Source: an uncultured delta proteobacterium (GTDB lineage: Bacteria; Desulfobacterota; RBG-13-43-22). From it: a stretch of DNA of 57,366 nucleotides. Positions 9,534 to 20,274 of the stretch are shown piece by piece (the stretch's first letter is position 1; the number at the start of each line of letters is the position of its first letter). The position numbers and the translations under genes were made by a program. Below the pieces are notes generated by a model that was not told where the DNA came from, did not search any database, and saw only the letters and a list, made by a program, of their open reading frames with translations. The DNA is taken from NCBI GenBank assembly GCA_963711835.1, contig CAVQFQ010000014.1, positions 1 to 57,366 on the forward strand. The letters run 5' to 3'.

Positions 9534-11027
9534 TCAATCGGGAGGCCCTTCATCGAATAGCAGAGGTTTTGGAGAGGACTCCCGAGGGGAAAAGGAAATT
9601 TTTTTTCGTTTATTCGAAGGGAGGACGCCCAATCCTTCCCGGTACTTGGCTACGGTGCGGCGGGCGATATGGATCTGTTCTTTCCAGAGCAGATCCGTCA
9701 GCTCCTGGTCGCTTAAAGGATGAAGCGAATCCTCCCCACCGACCAACTGCCGGATCCTCTCCTTGACGCTTTCCGAGGCGATCGACTCCCCGTTGGCCCC
9801 GGCGATGGAACTGTTGAAAAAGAATTTAAGCTCCAGGATCCCTTGAGGGGTATGAACGTATTTGTTGGTCGTTACCCGACTGATAGTCGATTCGTGCATT
9901 TGCACATCTTCGGCCACATCCTTTAAAATCAGGGGTTTTAAACAGGAAACCCCGCCGTCCAAAAAATCCCGCTGAAATTTAAAAATACTTTCGGCCACCC
10001 GGTAGATGGTGCGTTGTCTCTGATGGATGCTTTTGATCAGCCAGATGGCCGCCCGAAGTTTCTCCTTAATATATTCCCGGGTTTCACTGGACACGGTCTG
10101 CCGTTGACCCAAGGTCTGCTTGTAAAAAGAGTTGATGCGCAGCCTGGGCATCCCGTCGTCATTGAGGACAATAAGCACCTCCTCCCCGATTTTATAGACA
10201 TAAATATCGGGGCTGATATATTGGGGCTCTTCGTCGCTGTAGAGCCGGCCCGGTTTGGGATCCAACTGCAATATAATCTGGACGGCTTGATGGATTTCCT
10301 CCAGGGGACGCTGCAGGGTCTTGGCAATGGCGCCGTAATTTTTTGTTTCCAACTGGTGCAGGTGATCTTGAATGATCTGTTGCACCAGGGTATTTTCCCC
10401 GGTCAAATGACGGGCCTGAATCAGAAGGCACTCCTTCAGATCCCGGGCGGCCACGCCCAAAGGATCAAACTCCTGAATTTTCATCAGGACCGTCTCCGTG
10501 AAAGCCGGCTCCTGATCGGTCAAGGCGGAAATCTCTTCCAGTGAAGCGGTTAAATAGCCGTTCATATCAAGATTGCCTATGATTTCGGCCGCCACTTTTT
10601 CTTCCCGGGGAGAAAAAGTGGACAAAGAGAGTTGCCACATGAGCTGGTCGGCCAGGGAAGGCTTTTTGGAAACGAGATTCTCAAAAAACGGGGCTTCCCG
10701 GTCCTCGGACTGGTCCTCACTGCGGGGGACATAATAGTCATTCAAATAATTGTCCCAATCGATCTCTTCCTGGGCCTGCTGTTCCCGCTTGACTTCACCC
10801 GAGACTATCGTATTCTCCGGGGGGCCTTCCGTTGTCTTTTCCCCGGACCCGGGCTCATCCTCTTCGGTAAAAACTTCTTCCAGGACCGGGTTAGCCTCGA
10901 CTTCCTGACGCAAGGTCTCCAATAGCTCCAGCCGGGACAGTTGCAGGAGCTTGATCGCCTGCTGCAACTGGGGCGTCATAATCAACTGTTGGGACAGTCT
11001 GAGTTGTTGTTTGATCTCTAAGGCCAT
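9534..11027 (-). CDS. rpoN: RNA polymerase sigma-54
   Basis: MTPQLQQAIKLLQL, HESTISR, RpoN box ARRTVAKYRE. Confidence 0.98.
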   Translation of the reverse strand: MALEIKQQLRLSQQLIMTPQLQQAIKLLQLSRLELLETLRQEVEANPVLEEVFTEEDEPGSGEKTTEGPPENTIVSGEVKREQQAQEEIDWDNYLNDYYVPRSEDQSEDREAPFFENLVSKKPSLADQLMWQLSLSTFSPREEKVAAEIIGNLDMNGYLTASLEEISALTDQEPAFTETVLMKIQEFDPLGVAARDLKECLLIQARHLTGENTLVQQIIQDHLHQLETKNYGAIAKTLQRPLEEIHQAVQIILQLDPKPGRLYSDEEPQYISPDIYVYKIGEEVLIVLNDDGMPRLRINSFYKQTLGQRQTVSSETREYIKEKLRAAIWLIKSIHQRQRTIYRVAESIFKFQRDFLDGGVSCLKPLILKDVAEDVQMHESTISRVTTNKYVHTPQGILELKFFFNSSIAGANGESIASESVKERIRQLVGGEDSLHPLSDQELTDLLWKEQIHIARRTVAKYREGLGVLPSNKRKKISFSPRESSPKPLLFDEGPPD

Positions 11028-11752
11028 CAGGGTAACTGGAAATTTTCTCCCAGATATATTCTGCGGGCGGTCTCGCTCTGGGCGATTTTTTGAGGGGGCC
11101 CCTCTTCCAGGACCGTCCCTTCGTTTAGGATATAAGCCCGATCGCAGACCGAGAGGGTCTCCCGGACATTATGGTCGGAAATGAGAACCCCGATATGTCT
11201 ATTTTTCAGTTGAACAATAATGTGCTGGATATCGTTGACCGCCAAGGGATCAATGCCCGCAAAGGGCTCGTCCAATAAAATAAAAGAGGGCGAGGTGACC
11301 AAAGCCCGGGTTATTTCCACCCGCCGGCGTTCCCCGCCTGAAAGGGAAAAGGCCTTATTGGAGGCCAGAGAGGTCAGTTTGAGCTCATTGAGCAGCTCCC
11401 CTAAACGTTCCGTCCTTTCCGACGGGGTAATGTCGAGGGTCTCCAGGATGGCCATGATATTTTCGGCCACCGTCAGCTTGGTGAATACCGAGGGCTCCTG
11501 GGGCAGGTAATTGATCCCCTTTCGAGCCCGGAGGTACATAGGCAACTCGCTGATATCGGTTCCATTAAGCCAGATGTTCCCCAAATTGGGGCGGGTCAGG
11601 CCCACAATCATATAAAAGGTGGTGGTCTTCCCCGCTCCGTTAGGACCTAAAAGACCGACTATCTCTCCTTCGTTTAGATCCAGGCTGACCTGGTTCACAA
11701 CCGCCTTGCCGTGATACAGTTTGACCAAATTCCGGACAGCCAGTTGTTTCAT
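11027..11752 (-). CDS. lptB: LPS export ABC ATPase
   Basis: GPNGAGKTTTF, YLPQEPSVF, LSGGERRRVEI, DEPFAGIDP. Confidence 0.97.
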   Translation of the reverse strand: MKQLAVRNLVKLYHGKAVVNQVSLDLNEGEIVGLLGPNGAGKTTTFYMIVGLTRPNLGNIWLNGTDISELPMYLRARKGINYLPQEPSVFTKLTVAENIMAILETLDITPSERTERLGELLNELKLTSLASNKAFSLSGGERRRVEITRALVTSPSFILLDEPFAGIDPLAVNDIQHIIVQLKNRHIGVLISDHNVRETLSVCDRAYILNEGTVLEEGPPQKIAQSETARRIYLGENFQLP

Positions 11753-11763
11753 TTTGCCGGGAC

Positions 11764-12339
11764 CTATTTTTGTTCCTGATGGATCACAGCCTGAACCCGG
11801 TTGGAGCCCTTGCTGGTCACCATACTGCGGTTTTCTTTGATCCAGACCGTGATCTCCTCCCCTTTAATCAGGTTTTTCCCCTGCCAAACCTTGGGATTTC
11901 CCGTCAAGACAATTTTCTGGTCCGGGTTATAAAAGGTTGCGCTTTCTCCGGTGGCGACATCCTTGCCCTGAACGATCTTGACCTGGCCGGTAGCCACGAT
12001 TTTATCCACCCGGTTTTGCTGGTTGAGGGCTTTTTTGTCTCCTTTGGGAGGCGGCCCCTGTTTTTTATCCCCCTCTTCGGTATAATAAATAATCAGGGTA
12101 TCGCAATAAATAAAAATCGGGTCTTTGCCCTGCTGGTCCTGTTTGGCCACCACACTGCCCTTAAAGGTGGCTTGTTTGTTTTTATTGTCCGCTTCCAGGG
12201 TATCTGAAGTCACCGTGATGGGATGGCTGGCCTCCGGATTTTCCTTATCCTTCCCCCAAAGGGGCGCGGATAGAAAGATGCCGCTGATTGAAATCACCAG
12301 GAACAAAAACAGCAGGTGCCATCGTACGAATTGGGCCAT
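11764..12339 (-). CDS. lptA: LPS transport periplasmic protein
   Basis: OstA-like fold (ATFKGSVVAKQ, IVLTGNPKVWQG); start chosen at the ATG after GGAGG. Confidence 0.88.
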   Translation of the reverse strand: MAQFVRWHLLFLFLVISISGIFLSAPLWGKDKENPEASHPITVTSDTLEADNKNKQATFKGSVVAKQDQQGKDPIFIYCDTLIIYYTEEGDKKQGPPPKGDKKALNQQNRVDKIVATGQVKIVQGKDVATGESATFYNPDQKIVLTGNPKVWQGKNLIKGEEITVWIKENRSMVTSKGSNRVQAVIHQEQK

Positions 12340-12450
12340 GCCTCCTCCTTGTTGTCGGGCTTCGGCCTTAAAAAGGCCGTTGCCTGGAATCGTTGCTAAC
12401 GGCCCCGGTTTGCCGGCGTTCAACCGGGAACCTTTTGACCTCCTTGCGTC

Positions 12451-13020
12451 TCAGGAGGAAAAGAAAGAATGATAAAAAGTCATCCGGGCCTTGCTCTTGA
12501 CTTTAACCTTCTGGGATTCAAGGTTCATAATCATACCCTGGCCTTCCAGTTTATGATGCGGGCCGGTGAAGCTGACCGACCCTTCGGATGAGATCTCTTT
12601 TCTGGAATCCAGATACTGCAGGGAGGGCACCCGAAGTTCATAGCCCTCCTGACTGGAGATGACCACTTCCCCTTCAATGGTCACATTTTTATTCTGAGTA
12701 TCCAGCTTTCCGAAATTTCCGACCAAGGTAAGCGGCTTGCTTTCCTTAGGGAAATAGGTCAGGGTCACTTTTTTAAAGGCGATCAGGTTCTGGGACTGCT
12801 GGTATTCAACGGCCTCGGCCTTTAGCTCCCAGAGTTTGATCCCTTCCCGGACCTGGACAAAATTAATTTCCTTTAACCCGACGCTCCCCGGTTCTTTAGC
12901 GATTGCTGGTCCGCCCTGAGGTAGCAGGGCCGGCTTCTGGGTCCTGAAGGCATAAAGCCCGACCCAAAAGGCAATGACACAGAGAATTCCAATTCCTAAG
13001 ATATTTTTAAGCTTTTTCAT
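12451..13020 (-). CDS. lptC: LPS export protein LptC
   Basis: N-terminal TM helix, KLWELKA; synteny kdsC-lptC-lptA-lptB. Confidence 0.85.
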   Translation of the reverse strand: MKKLKNILGIGILCVIAFWVGLYAFRTQKPALLPQGGPAIAKEPGSVGLKEINFVQVREGIKLWELKAEAVEYQQSQNLIAFKKVTLTYFPKESKPLTLVGNFGKLDTQNKNVTIEGEVVISSQEGYELRVPSLQYLDSRKEISSEGSVSFTGPHHKLEGQGMIMNLESQKVKVKSKARMTFYHSFFSS

Positions 13021-13093
13021 GCCGGGACAAAAAAATGATTATAGCCCAATCCCCGGGCAGGGTCAATGAGTACCTGACTTCCCTGAAAGGATT

Positions 13094-13633
13094 TTATAGA
13101 AATTCGTATTGGTTAAGTAGGGCCGGCCACTTCCCTCGGGCCTTTAAAAGCAGCTCCGAAACCTCCCGAACAGCTCCGAAGCCCCCTGGGGCTTTGGTAA
13201 CATAATCGACCTCTTTTTGAATCAGAGGGTGCCCGTTGGGCACCGATACGGATAAACCCACCATTTTTAGCAGGGGAAAATCGATAAAATCATCTCCCAT
13301 AAAGGAAACCGATTCGGGATGAAGACCGGTTTGTCTTAACAGTTTAGGAAACAGTTTTTTCTTATCCTTTACTCCCTGGAATAATAAGGAAATACCCAGT
13401 TCCCGGGCCCGGGTTTCAACGGCTCGAGAAGAACGGCCGGATAAGAGCCCCACCCGAATTCCGGCTTTTAACAACCAGCGGATCCCTTGGCCGTCCTGAA
13501 CATGGAAGACCTTGATTTCCTTTCCTTTTTCATCATAAAGAATGCGCCCGTCGGTCAGAATTCCATCTACGTCCAGCAAGAGCAAATCAATGATGCGGGC
13601 CTTAGAGATTAGGGCCTCTTCCTTTAACCTCAC
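13094..13633 (-). CDS. kdsC: KDO 8-phosphate phosphatase
   Basis: DVDGILTDG HAD motif, FHVQDG, MGDD..D, GGFGAVRE. Confidence 0.94.
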   Translation of the reverse strand: MRLKEEALISKARIIDLLLLDVDGILTDGRILYDEKGKEIKVFHVQDGQGIRWLLKAGIRVGLLSGRSSRAVETRARELGISLLFQGVKDKKKLFPKLLRQTGLHPESVSFMGDDFIDFPLLKMVGLSVSVPNGHPLIQKEVDYVTKAPGGFGAVREVSELLLKARGKWPALLNQYEFL

Positions 13634-14466
13634 TGGTTCCTCAGACCTCCTTCGGAAATCACCTGGTGAATCGCCTGGAGGGAACGAAGGAGGGGCTCCA
13701 GCCGGTCCAGGGGCCAGGAATTGGCCCCATCACAGAGGGCTTTCTGAGGATCCTCGTGCACCTCCAGGAAAACTCCTTGAACCCCGGCGGCCACGGCTGC
13801 TCTGGCCAGACAGGGGACAAATTCCCGCTCTCCGCCGGAGATCCCCGGGCCTGCACCGGGGAGCTGAACACTATGGGTGGCATCAAAAATAACCGGATAA
13901 CCCAGGCCGGAAAGAACCGCTAAAGATCGCATATCCACCACCAGATTGTTATAGCCGAAGCTGGTCCCCCGCTCGGTTAAAAGGATCTGCGAATTACCGG
14001 ACTCGGCAATTTTCCGGACCACGGAACGCATATCCCAGGGAGAGAGGAAAGGCCCTTTTTTAACATTGATCGGCAGGCCGGTCTGAGCGGCCGCCTGCAG
14101 CAGATCGGTCTGACGGCAGAGAAAAGCCGGTATCTGGATGACATCCAGGACCTGGGCCGCCCTTTTTATTTCACTGACCTGATGGACATCCGAAATTACA
14201 GGGAGATCATAGCGGGCCCGTATAAAATCCAGGAGGTCCAACCCGGCCTCCAATCCCGGGCCCCGATAGCTGTCTAACGAGGTGCGATTGGCTTTATCGT
14301 AAGAGGCTTTGAAGATCAGGGGGAAATTCAAACGGCGGGAAATCTCTTGAAGTTCCCGGGCAATCGCCACCGTTGTGGCTTCATCTTCAATGACGCAAGG
14401 GCCGGCGATCAGGAGCAGGGGAGAACCGGGTCCGACAGACCATTTTCCAATACGTATCTCTTTCAA
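13630..14466 (-). CDS. kdsA: KDO 8-phosphate synthase
   Basis: AGPCVIE, KASYDKANRTS, QIPAFLCRQTD, ERGTSFGY, DATHSVQ. Confidence 0.97.
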   Translation of the reverse strand: MKEIRIGKWSVGPGSPLLLIAGPCVIEDEATTVAIARELQEISRRLNFPLIFKASYDKANRTSLDSYRGPGLEAGLDLLDFIRARYDLPVISDVHQVSEIKRAAQVLDVIQIPAFLCRQTDLLQAAAQTGLPINVKKGPFLSPWDMRSVVRKIAESGNSQILLTERGTSFGYNNLVVDMRSLAVLSGLGYPVIFDATHSVQLPGAGPGISGGEREFVPCLARAAVAAGVQGVFLEVHEDPQKALCDGANSWPLDRLEPLLRSLQAIHQVISEGGLRNQ

Positions 14467-14481
14467 TAGAATACGACTCGT

Positions 14482-16119
14482 TTAGGTCCTTTGAGAATAT
14501 TCCAGGGAAGCCCGGATAAATTCCCTGAAAAGGGGGTGGGGATTCATAGGACGAGACCTGAATTCGGGATGAAACTGACATCCTAAAAACCAGGGGTGGT
14601 CAGGCAGCTCTATGATCTCCACCAGGGAACCATCCGGAGAGAGCCCGCTTAAGATCAACCCTTTTTCCACCAGGGGCTGTTTATAGGCCATATTAAATTC
14701 ATAACGGTGCCGGTGGCGCTCAAAGACCTCCTCCTGGCGGTAACTTTCAAAAGCCCGGGTATTCGGAGTCAAGCGGCAGGGATAAGCGCCTAAGCGCATG
14801 GTGCCGCCTTTTTCCGAGGCCTCGTCCCGGCGGCGTATTTCTCCGGCCTTATAGTCGAACCACTCCCGCATCAAGTAAATGATCGGATGAGGGGTCTCCG
14901 GCATAAATTCCGTACTATGGGCCTGGGCTAAGCCGGCTATGGTTCTTGAAAATTCAATGGTCGCCAATTGCATACCCAGGCAGATTCCGAAAAAGGGAAT
15001 TTTTTTCTCCCGGGCAAACCGAATGGCCTGGATCTTCCCTTCCACCCCTCGGTAGCCAAAGCCACCGGGGACCAGGATGCCGTCCACCCGGGCCAAGGGA
15101 AGCTCCGGACCCTGCTTCTCCACTTCCTCGGAATCCACGAAATCAAGAATGACCTTACAATCGTTGGCAATCCCACCGTGGAAGAGAGCTTCGTTAAGGC
15201 TTTTATAGGATTCGCGCAAGTGGATGTATTTCCCGACGATCCCGATGTGAACCGGGGTAGTCAGGTTTCTAATCTTGTCATTGAGGGCCTCCCAGGCCTC
15301 CAGGCGAGGGGAGCGGGTCCAGATGTTCAAAAGTTCGACGATCTTGTCGTCCAGCCTTTCCTGATGAAAGAAAAGGGGGACCTCATAGATACTCTCCACA
15401 TCCTTGGCGGTAATGACCGCATCCTTCTCAACATTGCAGAATAAAGCAATCTTGGCCTTGATTTCCGGGGAAAGGAGGTGTTCCGTCCGGCAGAGCAATA
15501 TGTCCGGCTGTATACCGATACTGCGCAGCTCCTTGACGCTGTGCTGGGTGGGCTTGGTTTTGACCTCGCCGGCCGTCTTGATATAGGGAACCAGCGTCAA
15601 ATGAATGTAGAGGACATTCTCTTTACCGATATCCGATTTAAATTGCCGGATGGCCTCCAAGAAGGGCAGGCTTTCAATATCTCCAACCGTCCCTCCGATT
15701 TCAATGATGGCCACATCGGCCTCGTCGGCGATAAGCAGGATGCTGTTTTTGATCTCTTCGGTGATATGGGGTATAACCTGGACGGTCCCTCCCAGGTAAT
15801 CCCCCCGTCGTTCTTTGGTAATAACGGAGTGATAGATTTTTCCGGTGGTAAAGTTGTTGTTTTGGGTCAACCGGACCGAAGTATAGCGTTCGTAGTGGCC
15901 CAGATCCAGATCCGTTTCCGCCCCGTCATCGGTAACATAGACTTCACCGTGCTGAAAGGGATTCATCGTTCCCGGATCCACGTTAATATAGGGGTCCAAC
16001 TTCTGAAAGGTGATCTTCAGCCCTCTGGATTCCAGCAGGGCGCCGATGGAAGCGGAGGCCAGCCCTTTTCCTAAAGAGGAAAGGACCCCGCCGGTGACGA
16101 AGATAAACTTGGTTTTCAT
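14482..16119 (-). CDS. pyrG: CTP synthase
   Basis: [39 protein letters not shown]. Confidence 0.98.
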   Translation of the reverse strand: MKTKFIFVTGGVLSSLGKGLASASIGALLESRGLKITFQKLDPYINVDPGTMNPFQHGEVYVTDDGAETDLDLGHYERYTSVRLTQNNNFTTGKIYHSVITKERRGDYLGGTVQVIPHITEEIKNSILLIADEADVAIIEIGGTVGDIESLPFLEAIRQFKSDIGKENVLYIHLTLVPYIKTAGEVKTKPTQHSVKELRSIGIQPDILLCRTEHLLSPEIKAKIALFCNVEKDAVITAKDVESIYEVPLFFHQERLDDKIVELLNIWTRSPRLEAWEALNDKIRNLTTPVHIGIVGKYIHLRESYKSLNEALFHGGIANDCKVILDFVDSEEVEKQGPELPLARVDGILVPGGFGYRGVEGKIQAIRFAREKKIPFFGICLGMQLATIEFSRTIAGLAQAHSTEFMPETPHPIIYLMREWFDYKAGEIRRRDEASEKGGTMRLGAYPCRLTPNTRAFESYRQEEVFERHRHRYEFNMAYKQPLVEKGLILSGLSPDGSLVEIIELPDHPWFLGCQFHPEFRSRPMNPHPLFREFIRASLEYSQRT

Positions 16120-16321
16120 GGTCGATTCCAACCCCTTCCTGGATGTGACCCTATAATAGTTCATTCTAAAAGTCAACTCCTCTAATCCCGGAACGGTTGC
16201 CCTTTTTGACTTTTTAGGAAGCCATCCTTGAATAATTGAATGAACTCATTTATAATCTTTTTCAGGAATCCAATCGAATCACAATAAGACACCCAGGCGC
16301 CGATTAGGCTAAGGAGGGCCT

Positions 16322-16921
16322 ATGAAAGTAAAAAATTGGATGGTCAAAAAAATGGTGACGGTTTCTCCGGGTTCATTAGCCATTGAAGCCCTCTCTTTAA
16401 TGAAAAAATATTCATTTCGACACCTGCCCGTGGTCGAAGGCCGGCAACTGGCGGGCCTGGTAACGGAAAGCGATTTACGGCAGGTCATGATCCCCTCTTT
16501 TATAAAAAGCATAAAGGTCGATCAGATTATGATTAAAACCCCGGTCACCATTGAACCGGAGGCCTCTTTGGAGCAAGCGGCCCGATTGATTTACCGCTAT
16601 AAAATCGGAGGGCTCCCGGTAGTGGATCAGGGCAAACTGGTCGGTATCCTGACCACACCGGACATTCTGGCGGCCTTTATTCAATTAATGGGGGTCTTGC
16701 AAGCCAGCTCCCGGCTCGAAATCCATCTGGCCGAGAGACCCAAGGCCTTTGAAGAGGCCTCCGGTCTAATCCAGAAAAATGGGGGCGAGATCATAAGCGT
16801 CGGCATGCTGGGCCGGGGGAAGAAAAAAACCTATCTTTTCCGGTTGAAAAGATGTTTTCTGGAACCGATTATTCAGGCCCTGGAGAAAAAAGGCCATCGG
16901 GTCCTTTCTTCAACCGACTAA
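16322..16921 (+). CDS. CBS + ACT domain protein (AcuB-like)
   Basis: Two CBS repeats (RHLPVV..GLVTESD, GGLPVV..GILT) plus an ACT-like tail. Confidence 0.88.
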   Translation: MKVKNWMVKKMVTVSPGSLAIEALSLMKKYSFRHLPVVEGRQLAGLVTESDLRQVMIPSFIKSIKVDQIMIKTPVTIEPEASLEQAARLIYRYKIGGLPVVDQGKLVGILTTPDILAAFIQLMGVLQASSRLEIHLAERPKAFEEASGLIQKNGGEIISVGMLGRGKKKTYLFRLKRCFLEPIIQALEKKGHRVLSSTD

Positions 16922-16933
16922 TCCCTCGTCATC

Positions 16934-17764
16934 TTGTTGCCCTCCAAGAGGAAGACCCTCATCAGGCAGCTTTCCTTCTGGCAACCGGGGGCCATTGCCT
17001 TCTCCGGAGGCGTAGACAGCACCCTCCTCCTGGCCCTGGCTCGGGAAGCCTGGGACCGCCCTCCCCTGGCTGTTACCTTTATTTCTCCTTTATTACTTTC
17101 TGATGAAATAACTCGAATCCGGGAGTTGGTCGGATTTTTAAACCTCCCTCTAAAATGGATCCCCTCCCGGGAATATCAAGACCCCCGTTTTAAGAAAAAC
17201 CCCCCTTCTCGTTGCTACCATTGCAAAAAACACCGTTTCAGATTGGGGAAAAGCCTGATCAAAAAAATGGGCTTGCCCTATCTTTTAGATGGGACCAACG
17301 CTGATGATCTAAGGCACTACCGCCCGGGGATCCGGGCCGCCAGAGAAGCCCGGGTAATCAGCCCCTTTGCCGCAGCCGGTTGGACCAAAGCGGAAATTCG
17401 CCGGGCCAGTCGAGAGATGGGTCTGCCCAATTGGGACCTGCCTTCCTCCCCCTGCCTGGCTACCCGCATCGCCTATGGGCAGCCGATCACCCGACCCTTA
17501 CTTAAACGCCTGGCCCAGGGGGAAGCCTTCTTGCATCAAATGGGTTTGAAGGAAACGCGCTTAAGGGTCCACGGTGCGCTGGTCCGGGTGGAGGTCCTTC
17601 CGGAAAATTTTTCTCTGGTCTTGGATAAGAAGAATCGGGCTGCTCTCCTGGCCCACCTTTCCGGACTGGGTTTTGGCACTGTAACCCTGGATCTGAAAGG
17701 ATTCCGATCAGGCAGCATGGACGAATTCATAAGGGGAAAGAGGAAAAGAAATGGACCGGCCTGA
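16934..17764 (+). CDS. larE: ATP-dependent sacrificial sulfur transferase LarE
   Basis: AFSGGVDS PP-loop, RCYHCK, DGTNADD..RPG, PSSPCLATRI, GFRSGSM. Confidence 0.9.
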   Translation: MLPSKRKTLIRQLSFWQPGAIAFSGGVDSTLLLALAREAWDRPPLAVTFISPLLLSDEITRIRELVGFLNLPLKWIPSREYQDPRFKKNPPSRCYHCKKHRFRLGKSLIKKMGLPYLLDGTNADDLRHYRPGIRAAREARVISPFAAAGWTKAEIRRASREMGLPNWDLPSSPCLATRIAYGQPITRPLLKRLAQGEAFLHQMGLKETRLRVHGALVRVEVLPENFSLVLDKKNRAALLAHLSGLGFGTVTLDLKGFRSGSMDEFIRGKRKRNGPA

Positions 17765-18560
17765 TCTCTTTGGAAAAAAAGCCAAAATCAAAGAAACCAT
17801 GGCCCGGATCAAGAATAAGATCCTGGTCCTCAGCGGTAAAGGCGGGGTAGGTAAAAGCACCGTCTCCGTTCATCTGGCCGTCGCCCTGGCTGAATTGGAA
17901 AAGGACACCGGCCTATTGGATGTCGACCTGCATGGGCCCAGCATCCCCGGCCTGTTGGGCCTTTCCCAACAGCATCTGGAATCGGAAGCAGGTTCCTTGG
18001 TTCCCCTCCTCTACGGCCCGAGGTTGAAGGTGATCTCCATGGGTTCGATTGTGGGCGATCAGGACACGGCCGTCATCTGGCGGGGTCCTCGCAAAGGAGG
18101 CGCCATCCGGCAGCTTCTGGGGGATGTAAACTGGGGACCCCTGGACTATCTGATCATCGATGCCCCGCCCGGGACCGGGGATGAACCTCTTTCCGTGGCC
18201 CAAACCATCCCTGGCGTCAAGGCCGTTGTGGTCACCACCCCGCAACAGGTAGCGATTCGGGATGTCAGGCGCTCCCTTAAATTCTTAAATAAAGTTGAAA
18301 TGCCTGTCTTGGGAATCATTGAAAATATGAGCGGCCTGACCTGCCCTCATTGTGGAAAGGAGATCACCCTTTTTAAAAAGGGCGGCGGCGAGGATCTGGC
18401 CAAGGAATGGGGCCTTCCCTTTCTTGGCCGTATTCCCCTTGATCCCAGGTTGGTTGAAGAGGCCGATGCCGGTCTGCCTTTCTTTAAAGGGCACGAGGAC
18501 TCCGTCATCTGGCAGGCCTTTCAGCAGATCGCCCGGGAGGTTATTCAAAGCGGTAGCTGA
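17751..18560 (+). CDS. Mrp/ApbC Fe-S carrier ATPase
   Basis: SGKGGVGKST, DVDLHGPSIP, WRGP, DAPPGTGD, CPHC. Confidence 0.95.
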   Translation: MDRPDLFGKKAKIKETMARIKNKILVLSGKGGVGKSTVSVHLAVALAELEKDTGLLDVDLHGPSIPGLLGLSQQHLESEAGSLVPLLYGPRLKVISMGSIVGDQDTAVIWRGPRKGGAIRQLLGDVNWGPLDYLIIDAPPGTGDEPLSVAQTIPGVKAVVVTTPQQVAIRDVRRSLKFLNKVEMPVLGIIENMSGLTCPHCGKEITLFKKGGGEDLAKEWGLPFLGRIPLDPRLVEEADAGLPFFKGHEDSVIWQAFQQIAREVIQSGS

Positions 18561-18593
18561 GAAAGACTGGCCGCTACCGGAGGCCTAACGGCT

Positions 18594-19283
18594 TCAATTT
18601 TTGGAAAAATAGATCTGGTCAAAAAATGATTCGGCCGCTCCCTGGGTATGCTGGGTATTGATGTACAGGGAAAGGCCGCCTATTTTAGGCGGTTCCTTGC
18701 CGAATAATCGTTTATAATCCTCATAGACATTTCTCTTCTCGGAAACCCATTGGTTCAATTTTTCCGTTCCGGCTTCCAGAATGATGACTTTGGACTTGGA
18801 CCAGGCCGGGCTCTCCCCTTCCAAGCCTTTATTTTTGGGATGGCTTTCCCAGAGATAACCGACCACCTCGGTGTTTAATTTGGCTGGAAAACGGGGGAAA
18901 AGGACATAGACCTGGGCCGCCTGATCGTCGGTTTTCTTATTCAAGAAATTTCCCTTTTCCGGTAATCGGGTCACCTTCCATTGCCAGTTCAAAATGGGAT
19001 ATTGCCTACTATCCAGATTAAAATCCTTCCTCAATCCAAAAGAAGCCTTATCGGATTTGAAATGCACAAAATAGTTCCCCTTCAATTCTTCCACAGCGAT
19101 CTCCGGCTCACCGGATTTAAGATCCAGTTTCCAACCCACGGGGAGCCCTTCGGTGGATTTTTCAGTGGAAAATTTATCCACCCAAAACAGGCCATCCTGG
19201 GCTTGAAGGAGCGTCATCAACCCCAGCAAACCACCCAGAATCACCAAAGAAAAAAGGATCATGCGCTTGGTTCTGTTTTTCAT
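18594..19283 (-). CDS. DUF3047 family exported protein
   Basis: Signal peptide, YPILNWQWKV..LP, DDQAAQVYVLF, EKRNVYEDYKRLFG. Confidence 0.8.
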   Translation of the reverse strand: MKNRTKRMILFSLVILGGLLGLMTLLQAQDGLFWVDKFSTEKSTEGLPVGWKLDLKSGEPEIAVEELKGNYFVHFKSDKASFGLRKDFNLDSRQYPILNWQWKVTRLPEKGNFLNKKTDDQAAQVYVLFPRFPAKLNTEVVGYLWESHPKNKGLEGESPAWSKSKVIILEAGTEKLNQWVSEKRNVYEDYKRLFGKEPPKIGGLSLYINTQHTQGAAESFFDQIYFSKN

Positions 19284-19398
19284 AAAAGCCCTCCCTGTCT
19301 CCCATTTCGTCTGACCCGGTTTTGTTATAGACCCTGACTGGCTCCGGAAAGTTAAGTAAGTCAACCAAGTTGAAGTCGATAATTTCAATCGAGACGCT

Positions 19399-19614
19399 GG
19401 GTCTTGGGGTCATCCTTTTAAGGATTTTCCAAAGGGAAATCCAATGCGCCAATCCGGCCCAATGTTCTAAAAGGATTTGGAACCCAATACTTATCCAAGC
19501 AGGGTTATGGCATTGGTATAGGCCTGCTTGGGGACTTTTCTTTAAACTTCCTGCCTGGTTGTCGAAGGGTTGCCTTTGGGGTGGAAAATCCTTAACAAGA
19601 TGACCCCAAGACCC
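19399..19614. mobile_element. MITE/REP-doublet with 33-bp terminal inverted repeats
   Basis: GGGTCTTGGGGTCATC(CTT/TTG)TTAAGGATTTTCCA at 19399-19431 and inverted at 19582-19614, 2 mismatches. Confidence 0.75.
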
Positions 19615-19739
19615 TTTTCGCGGGTGACCTGAATTTTAAGGAGTTTATCAACTATAACCTATTTGTTTCTTAGTATCAAATCTTCTTGACCAAACAAGCC
19701 ATTTATCCTATGAAAATAACAGGTCTCGGCTTCCGGGCC

Positions 19740-19970
19740 CTTCTACCGAAATTTGCCTATACCCTTCGCCTGGCTAAATGGGTTTATGCTTTTTCCGGAC
19801 TTTTTTGGTGGCTTTTAAAAAAATATCCGGTTATTATGGACATCTATTTTGATATGCTGAGGGGCCGGGAAAGCTATGAGCGTTTTTTCTGGGAACTCCG
19901 AAAAGCAATCCGAGTCCCTAAAGGCCACCAAAGGATCCTGGGAGAGCCTCCGCGCCATGCCTTTTTTTAA
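19740..19970 (+). pseudogene. C-terminal remnant, probably geranylgeranyl reductase family
   Basis: LLPKFAYTLRLAKWVY..LLKKYP..YFDMLRGRESY resembles GGR-family C-termini; no N-terminal FAD domain. Confidence 0.4.
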
Positions 19971-20274
19971 TCGATACCCGAAAGGAGTGCTTTGGGTTTT
20001 CCCCCTCCTGCTGGTGTTGGGATTCCTCTTTTTAATAACCAGCGGCTATCAGGGGCTCAAGCAACTTAACCAGTTGGCTCAAAAAAGAGAGGCCCTCACC
20101 CGTTCCAACCAGGAGATGAATCGAACCAATGAAACCATGTACCGCGAGATTACCCGGCTTCGAACCGACCCCATTTACTTAGAAGAATGCGCCAGGAAGG
20201 AGTTTGGGCTGGTCAAGGCCGACGAAATTATCTTTTTTTTAGAGGAAGCCGAACCAAAGGAGAAGGTCCGATGA
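19957..20274 (+). CDS. Septum formation initiator (FtsB/DivIC family)
   Basis: TM + coiled coil + DPIYLEECARKEFGLVKADE. Confidence 0.85.
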   Translation: MPFFNRYPKGVLWVFPLLLVLGFLFLITSGYQGLKQLNQLAQKREALTRSNQEMNRTNETMYREITRLRTDPIYLEECARKEFGLVKADEIIFFLEEAEPKEKVR

